Shown piece by piece: positions 45,786-58,604 of a DNA stretch of 64,000 nt. The position numbers and the translations under genes are program-made. Each line of letters begins with the position of its first letter. Position 1 is the stretch's first letter. The stretch is from the human T2T-CHM13v2.0 reference genome, Homo sapiens. Location of the stretch: NCBI RefSeq assembly GCF_009914755.1, contig NC_060944.1; one strand, 5' to 3'. Under the pieces are notes generated by a model that saw only the letters and a program-made list of their open reading frames with translations, was not told the DNA's origin and searched no databases.

Positions 45786-46624
45786 CTGAGACCCTCCTGT
45801 AAAAAATTCTGGAGCCACTAATGCTTTCGCAGTATGGAACAAACATATTTTCCAGAAGAAATCAGCCAGTTTTTTTTCCTTTCCTTTTACATAATGCAGT
45901 GCCAATGTCCTCTTACCTGGAACAGTGCCTGGCACACAGCAAGCATCGTAACTATTTGTTGAATAATTAGTGAATACATGACTGGCCGAATGAGTGAGGG
46001 CCATGCAGTGCCTCTCCCATTATGTCAGGACTCTTCTTGGAATGCTGACTGTGTTTTGTAGAGTGCAGCCCTAGGAAGATGGGAGACCCAGGAACTGGCC
46101 CTGTCTCTGCTGATAGCTCCGTCAGCTTGAATGAGGTCTAAGCCCCACGGACACTCTGCATAAAGAAGCATGCATGTTGTGTAGGTAACGGGGTTGGAAC
46201 TGTTGTGGTCATTGCTTCATGAGGGAAACTAGATAGGGATAGCACCAGGGATGGCAGGCTGGAGCCTGGGGAGGGCGGATCACAGAGAAGCTCTGTGACG
46301 TCGTCTGGGGTTAGGAACCCATGAAAAGACTGAACTTCCTATTAGGCAGGGAGAAAATGGGGAGGGTCTGGCTTGATGTCTCTTGGAGAAATCTGGATTA
46401 CACAAATATGTGAGGCCAGGAAACCAACAAGGAAAACATGACCTGTCTTTGCTGATAATGATTGTCCTATCTGCATAAACTCACAAGGATGGAATAAGAA
46501 TAAAACCAACAACACACTTCCGCCAAGACTTGACAGTTTGCAAAGCATTTTAAAATACAAAGCCAACTCTGTTAATGGTAACTTGGATAGATGTTCCAGC
46601 TTCAGTCCAAATATCTTACAGATA

Positions 46625-46770
46625 TTTACTTTAGTCCTCATAGCATGACTATCTTTATTTCACAATGAGGAAACTGAGCTAAGTATTTTACCCGAGGTTT
46701 TACAGTTAGTAGCCAAGACAGGATTCGAACCCAGGTATCTGGCTCTAGAAGCCACACACTGAACTCTGCA
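46625..46770 (-). mobile_element. MIR
   Basis: 'atgaggaaactgagc...ggattcgaacccaggtatctggctctagaagcc'. Confidence 0.75.
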
Positions 46771-47494
46771 TCCTGCAGCCTCTGCAGAAAACACAATAAA
46801 ACTCTTCTGATGATGCCAGTGGCTGGAATTCCACCACTTATACAGAACAATAGGGCTGGAGTTGCTCTGAGAGAATCATGTCTATTTCGAGGAAGTTGAG
46901 GAAAAATATACCTAAATTTTGTTTTGGTGTAGTCTAATCCTACAGTATAAAGAACTTTTGTATTGCATTTGAATTCTTTTATTTATTCTTTCATGAGCAA
47001 AAACTTTTTGCACACTTACTGTGTTCCAGGTTCTGTTCTAAGCTTGTGCAGTGCATGCTACCTCATGCAACCTTTGCAACAACTCTCCCTGCTAGGGGGC
47101 CACTCTTTCCTAAAGCAGGCAGGGGCCCAGAACAGGCTGTTCCAGGCCTCCTCTATGCCTTATTATCACAGAGAGAGCATAGAATATTCCTCAAGCAACA
47201 AGAAAGAGCAAGGAAATACATGTTCAATGCAGACATCCACGTTTGTGTCATCTCAGAGGAAGGAACAGGATCACCCGTTCCCTCCAAGGGAAAATATACC
47301 CTTTTCTTTGCTTTTATTGGTTTTAAGGCCTGGGACAGTAGTTCTCCACCTTCTTGGGTCACATTGCCTTTCACTCTGCCAGATTCTGTTTCCTTTCTGT
47401 GACACGAGGATAGAAATAACACGCATGGCAATGGATTGGGGTGGTATTCCAACGAAATAATGTAACGATGGCCCTTTGTGAAGTGGAATTCATA

Positions 47495-47780
47495 CATTCA
47501 TTCACTCATGCATTCAACACATTTACTGAGGGCCTATTATGTGCCAAGCTCCTCTTGAAGTCTCTGAGGCCTGAAGAGTGAAGACAGAATAGATGCTAAA
47601 GGCAGATTTCTGGAACAAACTGCCTGGGGTCAAATACTAGCCTCATTACTCACTAACTATGGGAAAGTTAAGTATAAAACCTGACTCAAAGGGTTAGTGT
47701 CAAGTTTAAAGAAGTTAATATCTGTAAAACATTTAAAATAGTTCCTGGCATAGAGTAAGTTCCAGAAATCCTTTGATAAT
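47495..47780. mobile_element. L2 3' end (minus, about 47495-47590) followed by MIR (plus, about 47590-47780)
   Basis: 'cattcattcactcatgcattcaacacatttactgagggcctattatgtgcca'; 'tctggaacaaactgcctggggtcaaatactagc...atagttcctggcatagagtaagt'. Confidence 0.6.
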
Positions 47781-47905
47781 AAAAAAAATATTTTTGAAAA
47801 GAACAACTAAGAAAAATTACATTCAGTATTTCTACCTAAGGAGATATGGCTGTATATTTTACCTTAAAAATATCAGAGATGTTAAAATAATAGAACAATA
47901 AATAG

Positions 47906-48121
<216 letters not shown>

Positions 48122-49329
48122 TAAAGCCCACATTTTCTAAATGTGAAATAAAATTTTAATTCTTAATCATTAGCCATCAAGAACACACAGATATCTAGAA
48201 TGCCCTAACTTATTAATGTCTTAATGTATTAGTTCAAGTCTCAAAAGCTTAAAGCAATAAAATGTATTACCTGCTGAAGTAAACCCTCATATACCTGTGA
48301 TAGCAGTTCCTCCACCATCAAGAATCTGGAAAAAGGAGGAAAGCCTAGAAAACAACAACAACAACAAAACACTGCTTCTTAAAGATATCAACCCCAAAGT
48401 GACACCTATCACTTCCTCTTTCATGTCACTGGCCACCCCCACCTTCACTGAGAAGAAAAAGGTTAATTCGACTACACACCTGACTTCACTGTTTGATCAT
48501 CTGATTGTGGACAAGTCACTTAATTTGACTGTATTTCAGTTTCCTTGTTTGTTAAATGAAAACAGAAACAGTGCTTTGCTCATGGCATTGTCATGAGACT
48601 TAAATCATACACAAAAATGTTAGCTATAATGACAATGTGATCTACCCACAGAAAATATAAAGTATTATTTGTGTGTGCATGTCTGTTTAATGTGAGTAGT
48701 ATCAGACTACATTTCCAATGCCGATAAAAATGTGTGATCTGACTGAAACAATAACCTCGCATTTTATTTCAAACTTACACACTTACACAATACATCCATA
48801 CATGCGAGTCACCATTGCGTTTCGTTCCCATGAAAACTTGGATTGCGTCAGAGTTTTATTGCTTTTGACCCAATGCCACTTAATGATTGAAAAAAAATGG
48901 TGGGTTCATGTTTGGTATTTCCTGATGCGGGCAAGGGAGCAGGGCTGCTCTCAGCAGGCGGTTCTCACCCACGTGCTCACTGGCCCTCCGCAAGCTGATG
49001 TCCAAGACGACAGACACATGGTTTAGGGAGCTCAGATGCTTGAACTGTGACGCAGCTGGAAACCCAATCAGGACATCGGAGAAGAAAGCAGAGTGAGGTG
49101 GGGTCAGAAGGGGGCACGTGGGACATTCCCAGGAGTTGGAACTGAAGAGGGGTGAAAGGGAGGGATGTGGGCAAAGTCAAGCTCTGGAAGCAGAGGCTCA
49201 GGGGGTACCCTGTGTTTGTGGTTGGGGACAGAGATGGGGCAATGAGGCCCAGCACCCAAAGGCCAACAGGGCTAAGGTGTGCAATGACTTCAGGTTGACT
49301 CTGGAGGCTGATGAGTTGTTTGTCTGGAT

Positions 49330-49816
49330 GGACGTGTGGTTGGCAGATGTCTTGTGCCTGCCCAGCCTTCACCCCACACTTCTGGGGCCATGCTCTGAGC
49401 TTGCTCAGGGAACCATGGCTTTGCTGGTCTCAGCACAGCTCCAGAAATGATCATGTGGCTCCGGTTTGACCAATGAGGCGCCACATCCCTCTGGCCACAA
49501 TGATTGGCTCAGGAATGGCATGTGACCCAGTCAGACCCAATCAAAGCTCACCCTGGGCCTTGCTAGGGGAGGAAGGATGGAAGGTGTAAGACTCCACCTT
49601 CAGAGCCCCCTGGGTGGGGGTCACATGTGCCTCAGGGTGATGTCAAGAAGGTTGTGCTGAGATGGAGAGAAAAAGAGTCATAGTCCCTGGATTTGGATAT
49701 GCTCAAAGCCAGCTTGTCATTGGCCTTTTCTTGGCATGAGGCAATACATTCCTTTCCTTCGTTTAAACTAGTCGGACATGGGTTTTCTGTCACTTACAAC
49801 CTAATGTCTTCTAAAA
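49330..49816 (+). mobile_element. MLT1K-like LTR
   Basis: 'cctctggccacaatgattggctcaggaatggcatgtgacccagtcagacccaatc...gggttttctgtcacttacaacc'. Confidence 0.6.
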
Positions 49817-50027
49817 CAGCCTTCCCCAACCTTTTTCACACCAGGGACTGGTTTCATGGAAGACAATTTTTCAACGCATGGTGGGTGGTGGGGAGGGATT
49901 GTTTCAGAATGAAACTGTTCCCCCTCCTATCATCAGGCACTAGTTAGATTCTCATAAGGAACCCACAACCTAGACCGCTCGAACACGCAGTTCACAACAG
50001 GGTGAATGCTCCTGTGGTAATCTAATG

Positions 50028-50724
50028 CAGGGATGGCCAGCCTTTGGCTTCCCTGGGCCATGTTGGAAGAATTGTCTTGGGCCACACATAGAATACACTA
50101 ACACGAATGATAGCCGATGAGCTAAAAAAAAAAAAAAAAAAATTGCAAACAAAAATCTCATAATGTTTTAAGAAAGTTTACAAATTTGTGTTGGCTGCAT
50201 TTTATTGCGGCATTATTCACAATAGCAAAGACTTGGAACCAACCCAAATGTCCAACAACAATAGACTGGATTAAGAAAATGTGGCACATATACACCATGG
50301 AATACTATGCAGCCATAAAAAATGATGAGTTCATGTCCTCTGTAGGGACATGGATGAAATTGGAAATCATCATTCTCAGTAAACTATCGCAAGAACAAAA
50401 AACCAAACACCGCATATTCTCACTCATAGGTGGGAATTGAACAATGAGATCACAGGAAGGGGAATATCACACTCTGGGGACTGTGGTGGGGTGGGGGGAG
50501 GGGGGAGGGATAGCATTGGGAGATATACCTAATGCTAGATGACTAGTTAGTGGGTGCAGCGCACCAGCATGGCACATGTATACATATGTAACTAACCTGC
50601 ACAATGTGCACATGTACCCTAAAACTTAAAGTATAATAAACAACAACAAAAAAATTTATGTTGGGCGCATTCAAAGCCGTCCTGGGCTGCATGCTAGCTC
50701 CGGGCCGTGGGTTGGGCAAGCTTG
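50028..50724 (+). mobile_element. MER30 hAT MITE (50028-50200 and 50652-50724)
   Basis: 'ttggcttccctgggcc...gaagaattgtcttgggccacacat...catt|caaagccgtcctgggctgcatg...gggttgggcaagcttg'. Confidence 0.88.
50201..50651 (+). mobile_element. Young L1 (L1PA2-like) 5'-truncated 3' end with ORF2p C-terminus
   Basis: Translates FIAALFTIAKTWNQPKCP...KHRIFSLIGGN*; 3'UTR 'gctagatgactagttagtgggtgcagcgcaccagc...cttaaagtataat' lacks the Ta ACA diagnostic. Confidence 0.92.
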
Positions 50725-51632
50725 AATGCCTCTGCTGATCTGACAGGAGGTGGAGCTCAGGCAGTAATGCTCCCTCACCCGCCGTTCACCTCCTGCTGTG
50801 TGGCCTGGCCTCTAACAGACCATGGACTGGTCTCTGTCTGTGCCCAGGGATTGGGGACCCTTGTCCTCAAAGACAGAGTGTGCCTCTTTAAAGATTGCTG
50901 TTCTTTCCCTCGCAGTGAACCGGTAATACGCTCATTCTGCAAAGACATTCGAAAGATGTTTTTGGCCTAACTAGAATCAATTCTGTTGAATTCCCCCAAA
51001 TCACATCCCAATTCACTTTTTTCCTAAGAAATCCAATGTTAATTTACCCTCGAAGAGCACACAACTCTGGGTGAGTCTCTCTGGCGTCTCATACCAATTT
51101 TTTTCCCTTTGGCAATTGGTCTCCAGATCATTAATGTCACATATAACTTAGGGCCCAAACAGCCCACACAGCGATCTCCACAGTGCCTGTCATGATGTGG
51201 TCGATTTTGATGGCAAAAATAACTAATTGAAACCCTACAATTTGTTTACTTTGAATACATTAAGGTGGTGGTTATCAAATGGAGCTGAATTATCCCTTAA
51301 ATTACCATGAAAACAAAATCAATAGTTTATTTACCACACAAAACAAAAGAAAAAAGAAGGAATAAAATGCTCTGAGGAATCTTTATTAGAAGTTTTCCTT
51401 GGAAGAATACAATGTAGATAAACTCAGAGTAAATAAGGTATATGGTAACTTGGAGGAATAAACTGACCCCTAGTTCATAATTGTTTATTTCTTGGTTCCT
51501 AGCTTATAAATAGTCCGGTGGGGCCTTTCTAAAGTCTAAATTTCTTTCTAACCAAGTGATTAGAATAAATGTCCCGTGGTCCAACAATTGAGTGCAGTGT
51601 GGGTGTTTATACTATTACTTCAACTAAATATT

Positions 51633-51926
51633 GTTGTTTTTTTTTTAGATGGAGTCTCACTCTGATGCCCAGGCTGGAGTGCAGCGGCATCATCTTGGCT
51701 CACTGCAACCTCTACCTCCCGAGTTCAAGCAATTCTCCTGACTCAGCCTCCTAAGTAGCTGGGATTACAGGCACACACCACCACACTTGGCTAATTTTGT
51801 ATTTTTAGTAAAGACAGGGTTTCACCATGTTGGCCAGGCTGGTCTCAAACTCCCCACCTCAGATGATCTCCCTGCCTCGGCCTCCCAAAGCGCTGGGATT
51901 ACAGGCGTGAGCCACCGCGTCTGGCC
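51633..51926 (-). mobile_element. AluS
   Basis: 17-bp TSD TACTTCAACTAAATATT at 51616-51632 and 51929-51945. Confidence 0.95.
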
Positions 51927-52719
51927 GGTACTTCAACTAAATATTTAAGATTATTAGTACATTGAGCTCATCAATGCTTCCACTTTGGGGTCCAAGAGCA
52001 AAACTGGAGCTAATTCAGATTATCACCACCTAAGTTGCTTACTTTTAAAAATTATTATTATTTTTAAATTTGGAATGTCTCAGGGTTTCTGCTCCAATTC
52101 ATAATTCCTGTGTCTTTAGTGGAAATGTCAGTACTTTATAGGATGACACACACAGCATTATTCCTGGCTGTTGAGACACCAAAAAGCCTGATTTACTGTT
52201 CCTTCCAGAGGATCCCCAACACCGACATTGACTAAATTCCTTTTCTGCAAGCATCCTGGCAGATGTTCTGGTTAAGACCTTGCACCGTCACGAGCTCATC
52301 CTTTTCATGCTCCAACAGCTGTTGAGTGCTGTGTAGCCACCACCCAAGCATCTGACATGTAAGGGCCCTTCCTGCCCACCTCCTGGTGACAGCTGACAAA
52401 CTAAATGAGAAGAAAACCTTTATTTTTGCTTCAAAAGATGGAAATTGGATTATAAATTAATGGAAAAGCCCATCTGTGAACATGTTCTTACAATTTCTAA
52501 ATGTTACAAGTCAGAGAAGCACAAGGGCCTGGGAAATACTCAGTATTGGTATTAGTAACTCCTAAGCTAGGATTTTCCTGGGGGATGGGGAGGAGGGCTG
52601 CAAACAGACAGGGAGGCTCTGTGCCCTGATCTCCAAGCCTCGGGGGGGAAATAGAACCAGAGGATGGGGCTGGGCTGGAGAGATGGGTCAAGTCAAGGTG
52701 GAGAGGATGTGTTGAGATG

Positions 52720-53170
52720 CTATGGCAGACTGCGGTGGCTCCTCGTCGCCATCTGTTTTCCTTCTTTTTTATTAGATATTTTATTTGCCATATGGCCATA
52801 TAGAATCAAAACTCCATTTTCCATCCAGGCTTGCTGGTAGATGTGGCTAAGAAGTTCTAGTTGGGGGAATATAAACCTATTTGTTGTGTCCAGATTCTGA
52901 GAGGTATCTTAAGGAGTGAGAACATTCCCTCTGTCCGTCTGCCAGCTGGAATGCAGACTCAGGCGTCTGATCTGGAGCCGTCACCTTGAGCTATGAGTGA
53001 GAAACCCTTTGCTGATCATGGCAGAGTAACAAGCTAGAAGGAGCCTTGCTCCTCGATGGCATGGGGGCCGCTGTATTAGCCTTAGGCTGTCCTCCTTTAC
53101 ATAAGACAGAAGGACACTTTATCTTGTTTAAGGTACTGTCCATTTCGGGGGGAACTCATAACTGAACAAA
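52720..53170 (+). mobile_element. MLT1J-like LTR
   Basis: 'gccagctggaatgcagac...ggagccgtcaccttgagctatgag...ggcagagtaacaagctagaaggagcc...ttatcttgtttaag'. Confidence 0.55.
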
Positions 53171-53346
53171 ATCTCAGATCTCATCTCAGAAGGCGTCTCT
53201 GAGCTAGAAATCTTGGGGAGATTCAGAAGTGTAATAGGTAGTTCCTGTGTCCAATATGATTAGGTGTCCTGGGGAAAACTTCATAAACTTTGAGCAGGAG
53301 GGTGTGGTGCAGACTGGAAGAGGTTTCAGGGTTTTGAGAAAGGTGG

Positions 53347-53843
53347 TGAAGGGTGAGAACTCTCTCACCCACCCCAAATACGCTGCTTCAACTTGAGGAT
53401 TACTGTGAACTAAAGGTGCTTGAAAAACAGCAGATGCAAGAAGAGCATTCTGATCTCACATTTTCTTCCTGAAGATGGGAGATAAAAATTCCCATGGGAA
53501 AGATGCCCTCTTTGTGCCAGGAGAAAAGAAACATTCTTTGATGGGGAGTCCTAGCCGAGATAATTCTGTACAGACCTTGTTAAAACAACTCTTATCTTTT
53601 CAGCCTCCCCACATGAGTGAGCTGCTTTTTCACAACTTACTGTTCTCTGTCCAATTTCACTATCTGAGGGACTGACTCTGCTTCTTTGGGTCTTCATTTC
53701 CTTAAGATGGCTCCCATGCCACATAAAACTTGTACTAAATAAATTTGTATGCTTTTCTCCTCTTAATCTATTTTAGGTCGATTTCATTCTAGAGCCCAGC
53801 TGGAACCCTAAGAGGTTGAAAGTGGAGTTTTGTCTCCTCTGCA
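53347..53843 (+). mobile_element. MER34-family ERV1 solo LTR
   Basis: TG...CA ends, 4-bp TSD GTGG; 'gaaaaacagcagatgcaagaagagc', 'aaataaatttgtatgcttttctcc'. Confidence 0.75.
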
Positions 53844-54084
53844 GTGGACACTCAAAGAACTAGCCAGGACGGGTTGGACCTGGGAGCAGAGAGACCATGG
53901 CTCCCTTCCAAGGCTGGGAGAAGGGAGTTGCCACTCCTTCCCAATCAAACCATGCCAAGAACGAGGCTTTTGCAGGGAAATCAGTGCAGATGAGAACTTA
54001 CCAACAGTTAAGATGAATAAATATATCCAACTGCCTGGCCCATGTCAACACGCAACAATTATTTGCTAAAAGAAATAAAAAAGG

Positions 54085-54363
54085 GGCCGGGCAGGGTGGC
54101 TCATGCCTAGAATCACAGCACTTTGAGAGGCTGAGGCAGGCAGATCACTTGAGGCCAGGAGTTTGAGACCAGCCTGGCCAACATGGTGAAACCCTGTCTC
54201 TACTAAAAATACAAAAATTAGCCGGGTGTGGTGGTGCGCACCTGTAATCCCAGCTACTCTGGAGGCTGAGACAGGAGAACTGCTTGAACTCGGGAGGCAG
54301 AGGTTGCAGTGAGCCAAGATGCACCAGTGCACTCCAGCCTGGGTGATAGAGTGAGACTCCATC
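54085..54363 (+). mobile_element. AluS
   Basis: Full dimer whose tail became a GA/GAAA repeat. Confidence 0.95.
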
Positions 54364-54483
54364 AAGAAAGAGAGAGAGAGAGAGAAGAAAGAAAAAGAAA
54401 GAGAGAGAGAGAAAGAAAGAAAGAGAGAGAGAGAGAAAGAAAGAAAAGAAAGAAAGAAAGAAAGAAATAAAGAAAGAAAGAAA

Positions 54484-54522
<39 letters not shown>

Positions 54523-54539
54523 GAAAGAAAGACTGACTG
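54364..54539. repeat. Compound (GA)n/(GAAA)n microsatellite ending in (GACT)2
   Basis: About 167 bp of nearly pure purines. Confidence 0.95.
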
Positions 54540-55039
54540 CATGAACAACAGCCCAGGAAACACAAGAGAAGTAGCGTGGAGTAGTGGCCAAGGATGGGTG
54601 CTAGAATCTCAGAGCCTATATCTGTATATCAAGATGTCTCAGGCCAATGCCTAAAAACAGTGTTCAATAAATATCGAATAGTAATATTAGTACTGTTATC
54701 ACAATTGAGAATAACTGAGTGTCAACCAGCTGATCTGCTTGCCAATGAAGGGACTCCAGGATCCTTAAGTCACTTCTATTTTTCTCCACTTCCCTGGCAA
54801 CTTTTTCTCCAAGACTAGATCGATTCAACACTCCTCCAAGTCCTGGGTTAACCTCAGTGGCCCTCTGCCTCCCATTGTGATCACCTTCGTCCACAGCAAT
54901 CTTTTCCTTCTCCGACAGCACATTATTACCTTGTCATTGGGCACTTGAAGTAGACATCCTTTGACATCCTCTGTGAATGTTACCTTATTTCATTCCTTGT
55001 TTTCCCAGCATGTAATGGGCAAACAAGGCCCTTCAAAAA

Positions 55040-56115
55040 ACAGATCTGACCCTGTTGACTTCTGCAGACACATCTAGCATCTCTTTCAACTTGAAAAATC
55101 ATGTCTATATTCCTGCATTCCTAAGCTACCAGCTAAATTTTTTATAAGTTTAAATTTATATTTGGATGTAATTATATATTTATAAATTACATATATATTT
55201 TATATTTTTAAGATATTTACTTGTGTAAAATAAATAAATAAATGGGTAAAATTTTCAGCATATTGTAAATACTGGATATTTTAAGAGAAAACCGTAATAT
55301 AACTTAAAGTATGTCCAACTGAGGCTCAATACGATTGTGATTTGATACCTGTCATAATTGATTTTTAAAAAAATACATACAGGAGCTTCTCATGGTTAGG
55401 AACTTTTCATTGTTCTTTATTCCCCTTGAACTTGTACACCCCTAGAAGAATTTGATCATAATGTATCATAATTTTATTCTTGGAAGTTTTTTTTATTGAT
55501 TACTCTATCACATATCACTGACTGCAACAAAAATATGCTCATACATTTACATTTAAATTTAAAAAATGTCTCTGACTATAAGTCTTTACATTTTAAAATA
55601 AGTTTTTTTTTAAACTTATCATTATGGATGATCATTCTGGTTGTTCGCAGAACACAATTGATCAAAGCAGCATAAGTATGGCAGAGCTCAGGATAAAGAA
55701 TTATTAATCTGAAAAAAGTAAAATTATTTGGCTATTCTTCTCTTAGTATGATAGGTGGGATTTTTTTTTCCATTAATGTATTCATGAATATTACTTGTTA
55801 TTTTAAGGAGGCAGTTTCATCATCAATTTTATTCACACCGTTTTGTTTTTATTGGTGTAAGCACTGAGCATTCGTTCACATAAACAAGCAGATGGGAAAG
55901 GGGGGCCTTCTGTTGGAAGCCATGCACTTGTTTGGACTCCTTCCAGGTTATGTGCCAAAAATCACACAATGATTTATCATAAAAATATTTTTGATAATCT
56001 ATGAGCTGACATCCCTATTAGGTTCCTCTTCAATTTCAGTGAAAGTGAAGAATTGAAAACAATTTGACTGTAAAGGGATGTGGTTCCAGTTATACACCCA
56101 GATGGGGTACCCAGT
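55040..56115. mobile_element. Ancient AT-rich DNA transposon remnant (hAT-like)
   Basis: 55305-55430 resembles 42542-42660, the host sequence of the LTR12; family not confidently named. Confidence 0.35.
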
Positions 56116-56239
56116 TGTCAGAGATGTTTGTGTTCTCAATGCTCAGGCTAATATTTCAAAATGTGTCTTTGCCTGATGCCCTGAAGGACTTTTCCCAGGA
56201 GGGGAAAACGCCTTTGTAAGACGCAAGCTGGGTGATGGC

Positions 56240-56671
56240 TTTTGTGTGAGGACGTCTTCCACCATCCACCCTTCCCCATCCTCCTTCTGTCCTGGGAGGC
56301 TGGTTGCATGGACCACAGCAATGGGCTCCCTTCTCTGCTGCTTCCAAGTTATGTTCCCTGCCAGTGGTTGGAGGTCAGGGCAGGGAAGAATAAAGTTGGG
56401 CTCCATCTGTGGGATGACCCAGGGTGGCTGCATCTCTCTCAGGAAGGTCACAGCTCCTTCACATTCTACACAGCCTCTCCTGTCTCCAGATTCTGGAAAC
56501 CTCTTTCTTCTCTAACTCTGCACAGGGCCCCACTAACCCTAGAGAGCTGCACTATCCTTTGTGGCTTTCTTTACTTCACCCACACCTTTATAAACATTTC
56601 CTGTATTAAACTTTCTTCGAATTACCCAATTTGAGTGTGCTTTCTGTTTTGTGTTAGTATCCTGACTGATA
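56240..56671 (+). mobile_element. LTR41-like ERVL LTR
   Basis: 3' end 'attaaactttcttcgaattacccaatttgagtgtgc...cctgactgata'. Confidence 0.5.
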
Positions 56672-56677
56672 AACCCA

Positions 56678-56902
56678 TTTTTTAAATTATACTTTAAGTT
56701 CTGGGGTACATGTGCAGAACGTGCTGGTTTGTTACATAGGTATACACGTGCCATGGTGGTTTACTGCACCCATCAACCCATCATCTACATCTGGTATTTC
56801 TCTTAATGCTGTCCCTCCCCTATCCCCCACCCCCACAACAGGCCCCAGTGTGTGATGTTCCCTTCCCTGTCTCCATGTGTTCTCATTGTTCAACTCCCAC
56901 TT
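56678..56902 (-). mobile_element. L1PA7/8-like 3'UTR fragment
   Basis: 'attatactttaagttctggggtacatgtgcagaacgtg...cattgttcaactcccactt'. Confidence 0.88.
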
Positions 56903-57071
56903 TTAATATAATGAAAGAGGGCATTTGTGAAGGAGGAATTGAAAAATAGGATACATGTAGGTAGGGGGTCTGGAAATTGATGATCTTAAAACTGTCTATG
57001 CCTGTGAACCCTTAAAAAATTGTCATGTATCCCCAGAGGTGTGAGTACTCCAATCTGATGATGGCCGATCT

Positions 57072-57784
57072 GTGAGTAAGTTCTTTGGTGGGGATTTGTG
57101 AGATTTTGGTGCACCCATCTCGCTAGCAGTATACACTGAACCCAATTTATAGTCTTTGATCCCTTACTCCCTTCGCACTCTTTCTCCCTGAGTCCCCAAA
57201 GTCCATTGTGTCATTCTTATGCTTTTGCATTCTCGTAGCTTAGCTCCCACTTACGAGTGAGAACATACAATGTTTGGTTTTCCATTCCTGAGTTACTTCA
57301 CTTAGAATAATAGTCTGCAGTCCCATCCAGGTTGCTGCAAATGCCATTAATTCATTCCTTTTTATGGCTGAGTGGTATATATACATACATACACATAAAT
57401 ATATGTATACACACACGCTATATATATATATGTGTGCGTATATATATATCACAGTATATCACAGTTTCTTTATCCACTTATTGATTGATGGGCATTTGGG
57501 TTGCTTCCACATTTTTGCAATTGTGAATAGTGCTGCTGTAAACATGCGTGAGCAAGTATCTTTTTCGTATAATGACATCTTTTCCCCTGGGTAGATACCG
57601 GGTAGTGGGATTGCTGGATCAAATGGTAGTTCTACTTTTAGTTCTTTAGGGAATCTGCGCCCCGCCCTCCCTGCCACCATTTTCCATGGTGGTTGCACTA
57701 GTTTACATTCCCACTAGCAGTGTAGAATTGTTCCCTTTTCACCACATCCATGCCATCTATCATTTTTTGATTTTTTGATTATGA
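57072..57784 (-). mobile_element. L1PB1-like fragment, truncated at both ends, with a 15-bp TSD
   Basis: 'gagattttggtgcacccatc...ccctgagtccccaaagtccattg...ggatcaaatggtagttctacttttagttc'; internal TA/CA repeat at 57378-57460. Confidence 0.88.
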
Positions 57785-58604
57785 GATGATGGCTGATCTA
57801 ATGCCTGACCAACCACCCTGTTCCCTTCACTCTATAGTGGTAAGGACATGGTTGGGAACCAAACAAGCATTAAAGAAAGCTGGCAAATGCCTTTTCACAA
57901 ATGCCAGATGATACAGGTGAAAGCTATACAGCATGGTGTTTGTCCAGCACCTTCCATCCCTGCTACTACCCGGCCACACCACCACTGCCCTCATCTGCAG
58001 GGGAAGCAAATGTCCTCCCTTGAGCTCATGGGTGCAGTGGGGGCTGCCTCCAAGAAGCCAAGACCCCATGATTGCCTGCTTGAGTCTAGCACCAATCACC
58101 ATTGAACAAAAGCCCATCTGGTTTATCCACCAGGTTTTTTTTGAGCACTGAGTTAGAAATTCCAGGCAACCCATTGAGAGTTCTTTATTGCAGCAGCGGG
58201 CAACTGATCTACGATAACATGTAAAAAGATAAGGGTCCCCAGGCGATGACAGCAGCTGCAGTTTAAAGTTGAATTTGGAGTTATTAAAGCGTGTGCTGCA
58301 TCCACCTGCAGGAGGCAAGTGACGATCTCAAATCTCCCATCCCTGAGTTGGCCAGAACCCCCAAGGTCAATTGCCCAACATACTTGGTGCCTCTGAGACT
58401 TGAAGTTCCTGGCAGATGGCTGTGGGGTGCGCCTGCACTAGCTGTCACTGTGACTCATCCCTCAGGGCATGTCAGATTCTGGCATTTATTTTCATTTATT
58501 AATTAATTTTAAACAATAGCAATCTCAGAGCCTCTTAGATTGTGACCCATCACAACATTAAAGCTGGTCGAGCCACTCTCTAGGGCCAGGGTTTTTGTGA
58601 CAGT

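Larger units (their letters stand above)
49817..50863 (+). mobile_element. MER1B hAT MITE (49817-50027 and 50725-50863)
   Basis: 'ccccaacctttttcacaccagggactggtttcatggaagacaattttt...tctaatg|...ctgatctgacaggaggtggagctcaggcagtaatg...ttggggacccttg'. Confidence 0.88.

Noticed and set aside
50186-50440. Open L1 ORF2 C-terminal frame as a functional gene
   Set aside because: 5'-truncated retrocopy with no promoter or proper start; the frame is open because the element is young
54066-54591. Phe/Leu/Ser-rich 'membrane-like' ORFs
   Set aside because: Antisense read of the (GAAA)n repeat plus Alu
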